Shown here in pieces: positions 49,530-59,665 of a stretch of 64,000 nucleotides of DNA (positions are counted from its first letter, which is position 1; every line of letters begins with the position of its first letter). The DNA is taken from the NCBI RefSeq assembly GCF_006345805.1, contig NC_042997.1, positions 56,172,001-56,236,000 on the forward strand, given 5' to 3'. Origin of the DNA: Octopus sinensis. Taxonomy: Eukaryota. The position numbers and the translations under genes were made by a program. The notes beneath the pieces were generated by a model. That model had not been told where the DNA came from, did no database searches, and was given only the letters and a program-made list of their open reading frames with translations.

Positions 49530-52500
49530 GAGTGATCATTTGAAAAGTCATTTGCGTACACATGACACAGGAAAACCTTTCAAATGCACTATTTGCAACC
49601 GTGGATATACAACAGCAGCTGCTCTTTCTTCTCATATGTATTCACATCGGAAACCAAACAGCTCTGGTCAGATGGAATATAAATGTTACCAATGTGAAGA
49701 GATTTTTTATCAGCCAAAAGACTTACAGAACCATTACAATGATTGTCATGCTCCTGCTCCCCTTCGTGAAAAAACTCTACAATGTACTCAGTGCTCTGAA
49801 ATGTTTGTTAGCCAAGAACTTCTTGATCTTCATGTTGAACAAGAGCATGTTAAAGAACAAAAGCGTAAGTTTTCAACTCCAGACAATATTTCTGATATTG
49901 ACATTTTCCACAAAAAGTTGAAAACTCATAATGATATCTCTATAAATAAGCAAATGCTATCTAACACTAGTGATTTAACTGTAAAAGAAAATGGACTAGA
50001 TCTTATGCCAGAAATAATGGATTCTTCATCTGTCTCAGACCCAGCCAACCGGGAAAATGCCCTTGTTTGCCCCTACTGTTTACAAGACAATTTTGAATCT
50101 TTAGAACTGCTTGAAATTCACATGCAATGTGTGCATTCTGTAAAAGCAACTGAAGTTTATACATGCAATTACTGCAATGCACCATATCCTAACTTATATG
50201 CCCTCCATGATCATATGAAAGTTGTTCACCAAAATTTAACCTGTATGGATATCAAATATCCCTGTAGTTTATGTTCTAGACATTTTACAAGCATTGATGC
50301 ATTAGCAGAGCATAAAAAACATACGCATAGCCAAGCAAGTTCCTCAAACCATTCTCTCTACTGTGCAGAATGTGCATTACTTTTTCAAAACCCTATGGAA
50401 TTCCAAGAGCACATTCAGCGCTCTCACAACTGTTTGCAAGATACACCTCGTCCTAAACCTCCAAAATCAAAGAAAGTAAGTAATGATACAAAGAAAGACA
50501 TAAAACGCATGAACTCCCATAGTATTTTTAATAACACAAAAAACTCAAGCCCAGCACCTAATGAGAGAATGGTTGAAGAGAAAATGGTATGTGACCAATG
50601 TAATGCTACATTCCTTGATATTAAAAATTTTCAAACCCATCTGAAAATTCATTTGGACTCAGTGCTCACTCAATACATATGTCCCCAATGCCAAAAGCAG
50701 TTTACTACTGAAGACCAATTAGAGAGTCATTTGTCATTACACTACCTCTGTCTTAGCACTGAGTATGGCTGCACTAGTTGCATGAAAACTTTCTCCAAAC
50801 CGGATGAACTTCAGAAACACTTGATGGATATTCATGCGCATCATCTTTATCGTTGTTCACTTTGTAAGGAAATTTTTGATTCAAAGGTCAATATTCAAGT
50901 CCACTTTGCAATAAAACATAGTAATGAGTGCAAAATTTATAAATGTACAAAATGCAACTCAGTCTTTATATCAGAGGTTGATTGGCAACTGCATGTCAGA
51001 TCTGCACATCTCCAAATGCCAAAGCCACATAAATGTCTCTTTTGTAAAGAAGGTTTTACCACCGAAGTTGAATTACAATGCCATTTAACCATTCATGGCA
51101 AGCCATTTAAATGCCCAATGTGTAGTGAAGCATTCCATGTGGAATATTTGTTAGATAAACATCTCCAAAATGAGCATGACCCTGACAAAAATTCTAAACG
51201 ATTGGGTAACAGCCAATCTGATATCAAAGTGGAGAAGGACATTGGAAGTAGCTCTTTATTAAACAGTTGTGGAACTATAGATGTATCAAATTCAGTAACA
51301 TCAGGAAGTGGAATTTGGAAAAGCACTGATCCACTTCATACATGCAACATCTGTGATATGAAGTTCAGCAATTTATCCTCTCTTCAGCTGCACAAGAAGC
51401 AAGACCACCGTGTTGCACTGGCTAATAACCACACCTCACAAGTGATGACTACTGTAGAGAGCAGTGTGATTACAAGTAAAGTCATAGGTTCAAGCAATGA
51501 CAAGGTAGCATTATCATGCACATACTGTAGTCAGTCTTTCAAATCTAGAACTGAACTTGAACGTCATATGAAAATTCATCTTAATTCCAGCAGCCAGAAA
51601 TGCAACATTTGTGATGAAGTATTCCCATCACCAAATACTCTAGCAGAGCACAAACTGCAGCATTGCAAAATTCCTCAGGGAAATATTTGTGTTGGTTGCA
51701 AAATTCCCTTAAAATCTGAAGATCAGTTTTATATTCATTCCCAAGAACATGGCTTTCAGGGAGCTATAATGCAATGCGTTATCTGTAGACAAACTCTGGC
51801 ATCTATGATGGAACTTCAAATGCACGGAAAGCATCATTTCCAAACTAAACCCAACTTCTTCACCTGCTGTGTATGTTTGCGAGGATTTGATTCTAAAGAA
51901 AATCTTATATCAAAATTGAATAGTTCTGGTCGAACATATTTTGTTTGTAAACCTTGCTATCATGGTGAAACATCTGACTTTCATTGCAATGAATGTGGTG
52001 CCAGATTCCCAACCAATGAACAACTAGAAAGTCATGTAACAAAGCATCGGCGGACATACCAGTGCATCAAATGCCAGCAATCTTTCAGTACAGAATATGA
52101 AATTCAATTGCACGTTGCCACCCATGTTTTGCAAGAAGGAAATATCCATGAGTGCAAACTCTGTTCACAAGTTTTTGATTCTCCAGCCAAATTACAATGC
52201 CACTTGATTGAACACACCTATGGCAATTCTGAGTACCGCTGTAGTGTCTGTTGTAAAGTATTTAGTAATGCTACAGACATACAAGCACATGCTTTTGAGC
52301 ATGGCATTCATGCTCGCAAGTTTGGATGTATCCACTGTAATCAACGGTTTTTCTTCAGTGCTGAATTAGATAACCACATGATAAACCATGTGAAACCAGA
52401 ATCAGTATCAGAGCTGCAGTGCAAAGACTGTCCACAGACTTTCTCAAATATTGTCAGCTTCAATGCACACCGACGCATACATCAACAGCAGATGGACAAT

Positions 52501-52702
52501 AGCACATCCACCCCTATTAAATGTACATTTTGTCATGAAGTATTCAATGATACCAGTGAACTACAGAAACATTTCTTCACGTGTCACACTGAGCAAGACA
52601 TAGAACACTCAATTAACAAGAGAAATTATCAGTGTTCCCAATGTAATAAAGAATGTTCATCTTTAGCCAACTTGCAGAACCACATGAAGATTCATAAAAT
52701 AG
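49530..52702 (+). CDS. ZNF423: ZNF423/521-like exon C, 3173-nt giant exon encoding fingers 3 (end) to 31
   Basis: Acceptor caattttag|G AGT GAT CAT restores R-S-D-H. Covers the 1056-aa ORF 49540-52710. Donor ATA G|gtattt (phase 1). Confidence 0.96.
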
Positions 52703-54245
52703 GTATTTAGCATTTCAGTTTATTTTTGTTAACAAAGTCTTGTTTTGTTTTTCATGAGAATTATTTTGTTCATTCTATAAAATGTATTTCCTACCTTTCC
52801 CCATGAAAGAAACATTGTATGTGACAACTATATACATTTATATGTATACATTTGCATACACTATATAAATATATATACTATACAACTTCAGATAAAGCAC
52901 AATTTTAACTTTATTTTTGATAGTAAAGTGAATTTCTTTTATACATGTTGTCAAAAGAGAGAACACTTCCAACAGAATAATTATACAACATTCTTTATCT
53001 TAAGCTTCCATTTCATTATTCCATTTATGTTAAATGATTATTTATTTGAGCCAACAATAACTGTCTACTTCTGCTCAACCAACATTGGTTATATTTAGTA
53101 CCCATCTATACAGTATAGCCTTGGCAACAATGAGAAATTAGCCCATTAGCATCTTATAAACTTTACGTTGTTGTTGCTTTGTCTCAGTCATCTTTGCTTC
53201 AGCACACTCACACCATAGAAGTATCTAACAGAATGAATTGTCAAGAATATTCAATCAATATGACAATGCCATATTTTTTTCTCAGCGTGTTGGTGCATGT
53301 AATCAGAATTTTATTAATGATGGTAGAGTCTCAACTGAAATTGGGGGCTGCATTGTCCAGATTAGCAACTACATGGAACAATTTGTCATAAGTTAAATAA
53401 AAAGTAATATGTTAGATTTTTATGCTTACTCTGTTACTCTAACTGTTTCCTTACACATACCTTACACAAAAAAAAAAAAAAAAAAAAAAAATGCGCAACT
53501 CCATTGTCTCCCGAGACAGAAAGGATGCCAAAACCAAAAAAAAAAACCAAAACCTACTTTTAAGCCTGGAAGGTAATAAATATTTCCATCCACTGTATAA
53601 TACCTTTTATAAATAACTATGCATATATTCAAGTTTACAAACCTATGTAGTATGAAAAATAAGTACCAGCATAGAGAGAAAAGTTGTTATGGATAACTAA
53701 TTACTGTATTTAAAACATCATACGCATTAAGTCTCTATGACTAAGAGCAGATGCTAAAAATATAAACAAGCAGTATAAAGATTTCTCTTGAATATTATCC
53801 TGCAACAACAGATGTTTATATATTTATGTTAAGTCCATGAGCAATATGTAATTCACATTATCAGCAGCTGCCCCAAACTCTCAACAATATATTTTATCTT
53901 CCATAACCCATGAAATCATATAGAAATCTAAACATAATGTCAACTGTGTGAAAGGCTTCTGTTTAAGTTGAAAACAAGGAACCATCTGATGGCAATTAGT
54001 CTTGTAGGTGATATAAACTAAAAGGATTATTGAATACTGGAGAATGAAATATACATTAATATTTCAAGTAGATCCCTGCCTTTTCTGTACTGATGAAGGA
54101 TCTCTACGCTTATATAATTATAATCCAGTTATATATTTACAGTCCCAGTTTAAGTTCCCATCTAACCTATGCCAACTATTAGTAGTCTACCAATTCTAAT
54201 AACTTTCTGTTACTCATGTAAAATCATGGGAACTGATTGCTCTCC

Positions 54246-54301
<56 letters not shown>

Positions 54302-54454
54302 CACACACACACATCCACTCACATGTATACATATTCTGTTATGAACTTTCAAGCATATTTCACTGGAAGAGACAAGTGCTACTTTGTAAATATATTTATT
54401 ATTAGTCACTTGTTTTGTTTTTAAGAACTGGTTCACTGTAAAACTTCCTTCAAA

Positions 54455-54625
54455 TAGTTGCTATTTAGTCCCAGATCAGCTCTGAGTAAAGAGGCATATG
54501 ATCAAAGGCATTCCAGCAGTAACCATCCCACCATTTTAGGGATATCTAGGCCTACATTATCCATGTCTTTTCCTGAGTTGCTAAGATATAATCCAAGGGA
54601 GATTTGATTGTTATTTTTCGAAGAT
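54455..54625 (-). mobile_element. Unclassified interspersed repeat family F (representative copy)
   Basis: CTGCTAGAAATAGCAGCCAAATCTCCCTCAAAT...GATGGGATG..CAC.GCTGGAAT.CCTTTGATCA-like blocks recur at about 27190, 30810, 33240, 39125, 40005, 56270 and 59920. Confidence 0.6.
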
Positions 54626-54719
54626 TAAGTATCTATATAGAAGTTCCCTCTGAGTTTTTTTCAAATATCAAAAAGAAAAACAGCTCATAAAATTTCATCA
54701 TAAATAATTGTACCCTCCC

Positions 54720-54778
<59 letters not shown>

Positions 54779-55541
54779 GTTCTTAAAACAAGTAGATTAA
54801 GTATCCAACAATAAGCAAGGCATATGGGACTGAATTGAATTCAGGGATATATGCAATTATTCTGTGATGGTAAAGTAAATTTACTAAGAAGAAAAGTTAT
54901 TCAAATATGGCCCTCTTCCTTCTTTGACTATGCCTTAGTGTAAAAAATCAAAAACCAATTAAAAAGAGATTTATTCTATATCTTAGTTTCTGCACATCTC
55001 TCTATTTAAGAATTCATTAAACTGGTTTCCAATTAAGTAACATTATATAATTATTAATTATTAATAATGTATATTGTTAAGTAATAATCTAATTATTACT
55101 AAGATTAATAATCATTTAAAAATTATTCCTTGTTCAAAGAAAGAACGTTACTTTTAATTCATTAACGAAGCTGACATTGCTAAATAAAGGAATTTCATTT
55201 GTAAGGGGAGATAACCGTAGTTAATTTCAATGACAATAAAATAACGGTTTGAGTTGATTTGCGTTCGTTGTTACTCACGTTGTTTCTATTGATTTAGCAT
55301 GAAGTTTTCCTTTGTTTTTTCTTTTCGTTTGGATTAAGCAACTCATACATTATAGTGCAACGAAGCTGTCTTTATCTATATTGAGCTAATTCTATAAAGA
55401 TTAAGAATCACACTGCAACAATATATTTCTTTGCACTAAAAGATCTTGTAACATCTGGTTCATGAAATATATCAGATGAATAAATATTCATTTTTTTTTT
55501 CTAAACAACAAATAAAATCTTCCTTCTAAGAAAGACATGTT

Positions 55542-55962
55542 GGGGATCTTTTCGGTTTGACCGGCAGTTTTTTAAAATAATTTCCACGTAACTATAAACA
55601 CTTTTAAACTTCGAATACTGGTAGATTGTATTTATAAAACATCTTTTTCTCTTGGCTTTATTGAGAAAATTCTATAGTTTGTAAGATATTTGTTGTATTT
55701 TTTTCTTCAGTTTCTGCAATTTCAACCAATCAATGACGTCTATTGAGGTGAAAACATTCTGTGCCGTATGAATATGTCCCTCGTTTAAGAAACATTGGGT
55801 TTATTTACATTTCTGAAGAAAAAAGATACCCTTTCCCCCACCCCTAACCCTAACTCTAAAACAGATTGAAATACAATAGATCGATACTAGGGTTATAATT
55901 GTGAGTGACAATTTTATATGACACCGCTAGAAAAAACTGCCGTTCAAACCAAAAAGATCTCA
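55542..55962. mobile_element. Non-autonomous DNA transposon with 29-bp TIRs and an internal CCCTAA-like run
   Basis: 55545-55573 GATCTTTTCGGTTTGACCGGCAGTTTTTT versus the reverse complement of 55931-55959 (2 mismatches). CCCTAACCCTAACTCTAA near 55842. Confidence 0.78.
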
Positions 55963-56923
55963 AGTTTGTACTTCCATTGTAAAGGAAAAGTACATTCGAT
56001 TGTTTAGTTCTGTTTACAAATGGTCACAATCTTACATCATCCCACATGGGATGCAACCTGGCCTCCATAGACTGTAAGGAGTTAAGGGCCAAAACACTTG
56101 CATGCATAGGAATGGCTTCTTCTCTGAAGACCTTCTGCTGTTCAGTTCTCCCTAGAGTTTCTTACTACATGCATCATCATTATTATTATTACAACAAAAC
56201 AATGACAATTTCTTTGCTCAGCTCAGATTCTAAACAACAGATTAGATGAAACAAGGGTGATTGAGACATTCGATCTGTTAGAAATAGCAGCTAAATCTCC
56301 CTCAAATCATATTCTACCATCTTAAATACAAGACACATTAATGTTGCCATTAAAGTCCTTCTTGGTTGGAATGACTTTAGTACTTAACTGGAATACTTTA
56401 TTTCATTGGTCTTAGAAGGGTGAAATGTAAGGTTGACGTTGGCAGGATTTGAACTGAGAATGTAAAGAAGAGGTAATTGAATATCACAAGGCATTTTGTC
56501 CACTGACCTTCTGATAGTGACATTTAACCATCCTTAATCTCACCATGGTCAACTCTGCTTTTCGATTTCTGGGATTGATAATATAAAATACCAGTCAAAA
56601 CCTGAAGTGGACATAATCACTTATACCCTTACACCCAAATGCATGGCCTGTTTCTAATGCTAGAAACCAATACAATAAGTTATCTTGAGCCATAAAGGAA
56701 ATTATTTAAAATATGCTTTAGGCTTTAGTTTTTCATTACACTCAGACAGATGCATGCCATAAGATATTAGCATTAATCTAGTGTAATATTTCATTTCTCA
56801 CTTGGAAATTAAGATTATATTTCAGGACCTACCATCATTTGCTTCTCACTATATTGCATGGATATAATAATTTACTTTTTTGGAACAATTCTTTTTTACA
56901 ACTAGAGAGCCTTCCTTGTAACT

Positions 56924-57130
56924 TTGTGGTTCTCAATGATGTTTTTGCCCGTGGACACCCTATTTTCTCTACTGGGCCCTCATCGCTATTTGACATTTAA
57001 AAAAAAAATTTTTTAATTGTTTAAATATTTTGTATATTGTAGAAAAATAACCAATTTATTGTAGATAAATTTTAACAAAAATTTTATATGGAATTCCAAG
57101 GGTCATATGAACTCCAGTTGAGAACCACTG
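56924..57130. mobile_element. hAT-type MITE
   Basis: TTGTGGTTCTCAAT ... GTTGAGAACCACTG termini. 8-bp TSD TTGTAACT (56916-56923) / TTGCAACT (57131-57138). Confidence 0.8.
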
Positions 57131-58107
57131 TTGCAACTGTTCAACCATGAAACTGCTGTTGCTATTGGTATTTAACCTCAGGTCAGCCTTGACTGAATTG
57201 AATCAAGGGGGTTCAAGTCACAATCAACTCATTTCTGTTTAAGAATGCTAGCATGAGCAACTTGCAGCACTCAGGCCACTTGTAGCCCTTTATGTCTTTT
57301 CGTATGACACTCATTATTGTCATATTTATAAAACCACAATAACATTTTCCCTTGAATTTTAAAACATAATCTTTAGGTGCAACTTGGTTAATTGGAACTC
57401 TTACATTTTTCTATTTCTCATTCACCCATGCTTTCTCTCAATCATTTTGTTGTTTTTTTTTAATGATTTACTTAATGTAGTATACGTTTAGTAAATTATT
57501 TTTTGGACTGTGTGATCATATTTATAACGGGTGCTATCTCATAAGGTCTGCTACTAGAAAAAGGTTGCTTGTATAACGTTTGAGGTATAATACATCCAGG
57601 ATTATTCCCCAATTTAGGACGTGGTGTGGTTATAAGTGATGTTTGTATATCTTTATGAGATATACTGTCATATTAATGACAGTTAGTATGATTTAACTTA
57701 TCACCATAACCATATGGTCAGCAATCTCACAGTAACTGTAAACAGTACATCAAGGAGATTTTACTGTAAAAAAATTTATTGAGGTTTTCTTAGGATAGAT
57801 AATTGTTTACTTGCTTTTATAGAACAGAGTACAAACTGAATTTAAATTTAGAATGAATGGGGAAATGTTCATTGATGAGATATATGCAAATTAATAACAT
57901 AGAAACTGTGCTACACTTTTTTTTTTTTTATTTCCAAAGAATACTTAGAGCCATTAAATCAGTGCTCTCTATACCTAGAATTGGTTAACATATTATTGGC
58001 CATAACACTGTATATGAAGTTGATTTTAATGAAACTAGATTTCTGTTAAAGAGCTGTCAGTATAGTTAATATACATACTTTTTTCTTTTTTTCTTATTTT
58101 TTTGTAG

Positions 58108-58247
58108 AAAAAGAAAATCAAAAGTCTCAAGTTCCAAAGACTCAGATAGTTGATGTAAAGCCAGTTTTGTGTCCTGTATGTGGGCAAATATTTTCAAAGA
58201 GAAGTTTAATGAAGGAACATATGAACACTGTCCACCTCGTGCACCAG
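58108..58247 (+). CDS. ZNF423: ZNF423/521-like exon D, 140 nt, one extra C2H2 finger (EKENQKSQVPKTQIVDVKPVLCPVCGQIFSKRSLMKEHMNTVHLVHQ)
   Basis: Long polypyrimidine tract then tttgtag|AA (phase 1, matches the exon C donor). Open frame with C-x2-C-x12-H-x4-H. Donor CAG|gtaact (phase 0, matches the exon E acceptor). Not in the ORF track. Confidence 0.88.
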
Positions 58248-59359
58248 GTAACTGACCTACCACCTGCAAACTAATTCTAAAAGTACTTCAGCTAAATCAC
58301 TTTACATTTAGAAGAGACTTTTAAACATAAACTAAATTATTAGAAGAGGATTGATGTAATATATGCAGTTGTGCTTTGTATCATAAAACACCAGTTTCAT
58401 TGCTAAAATCAACTACACTCAGTGCAGATGTTATCTAATCTCTAAAGGTATTCATTTGAATCTTTTAATGGTATTTTTTAAGTACATCCCTTTATGCATT
58501 TTGACTCCAATTGTTAAGTCAAATTGCCATTCATTTTAGTTTAGATATTTTGCTTAAATGTTGATTAATAATATATTTAACAAATTTCTTGTAAAAAATT
58601 TTCATCGCTTTTTTTTTTTTTAATGAAAAGGTTGGTTATCTTTAGACAAAAAGAAATATAATACATTTTTTTATAATTCTCCTTCGGTTACTTCTGCCAT
58701 AAGAATGAGTAAAACTTTTCAGGAATTTTGATATTTATGTGATATGATGAGCAAATATATAATTGAATGTAAAAGCAAGGTACATTAGGAATTTGCATTA
58801 ATGATTTGATAATTGCCACCTAATTCTTGCTACCATTTGCCAAAATGAGATCTGAAACCTTGTAGCTTCCATCTTTTGACACCAACTCACCAAAGATCCT
58901 CCTTGGTTCTATGATACAAATTTCATGATTTAAAGAGATTTAAATTAAAGCCTTCGATCAAAATTTCAATTTAATTTATGCTCCAAACACTAGTTCCATA
59001 CTAACAATGTTATTTTACTAAATTCTTCATTATTTTCAAAATTAATTTAAATAATGGTAGTGTTTTTCAACAGAAATATGGTAACAAGAGGATTAAAGTC
59101 CTGAAGTTAATTTAGAAATCAAACAATAGGCTAATCAGATATTACCCATGAAGATGACAGGCAGTTTTATTGCTAGAAATGTTCTTTAAATGGCCTTTGT
59201 CTGAAGTAATAGTTTAATATCCAAGCAGTGAAACTTATGGAGATTTCAGTGTAGATGTGCATGGAAGACAATTGATAGGAGATTTTGAGATCTTACAGTA
59301 TTAGTAGTGCCTAATTAATATAAAGCAATTTGATTATATCTTTGTTCTGTTTGCTGCAG

Positions 59360-59665
59360 GAAAGCAAAGCAAGTACACAAGGTAACACAGCATCAACATC
59401 CACAACTGGTACAGAGTATGGTGATGTGAATGGTGATAGTCAGAGTTGTGCAAGTGATGAAGCAAATGAAATGAACCACTCTTCTCCCCAACAGACTGCC
59501 AATTCTACATCTCCAGTGTCTGTTAGTTTGGTCAATATGAAAATGGAAATTTGTGTCCCTGAAAACCAATTACATCCTTCAAGTGAAGATGACGAAATAT
59601 TTAATGATGTCAGTCATAATTCACAGATGATTACTGACTGCAAGATGGACAGCTCTGAAAACTGA
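59360..59665 (+). CDS. ZNF423: ZNF423/521-like terminal coding exon E, Ser/Thr/acidic low-complexity tail ending in TGA
   Basis: Acceptor tttgctgcag|GAA (phase 0). ORF 59330-59665 (ESKASTQGNT...KMDSSEN*). In frame only when exon D is included. Confidence 0.8.
   Translation, partial: ESKASTQGNTASTSTTGTEYGDVNGDSQSCASDEANEMNHSSPQQTANSTSPVSVSLVNMKMEICVPENQLHPSSEDDEIFNDVSHNSQMITDCKMDSSEN

Larger units (their letters stand above)
36798..59665 (+). other. ZNF423: ZNF423/ZNF521 (Oaz)-like multi-zinc-finger transcription factor gene, 5'-incomplete coding span (5 exons, 4 introns)
   Basis: Spliced translation ...KAFPRHSYLKLHEQ|[47 protein letters not shown]|SDHLKSHLRTH... matches the ZNF423/521 signature ([16 protein letters not shown]...AAF.RSDHLK.H). 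FDSKVNIQVHFAIKHSNECK, FDSPAKLQCHLIEH and RFFFSAELDNH also match the family. All introns are GT-AG and the phases are consistent (exon lengths sum to 4016 nt, plus 1 nt upstream = 1339 codons including the stop). Confidence 0.93.

Noticed and set aside
49562-51326. Alternate-frame and antisense ORFs within exon C (49562-49921, 50003-50185, 51093-51326)
   Set aside because: Expected shadows of a long coding exon, with no independent features.
53286-53395. Good-looking acceptor (tttttttctcag) after exon C with an open phase-0 frame
   Set aside because: Exon C donates phase 1, which gives ACWCM* almost immediately. No convincing donor. Exon D explains the phase instead.
55842-55860. Telomeric repeat suggesting an interstitial telomere or fusion site
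   Set aside because: Only about three imperfect units, located inside a TIR element.
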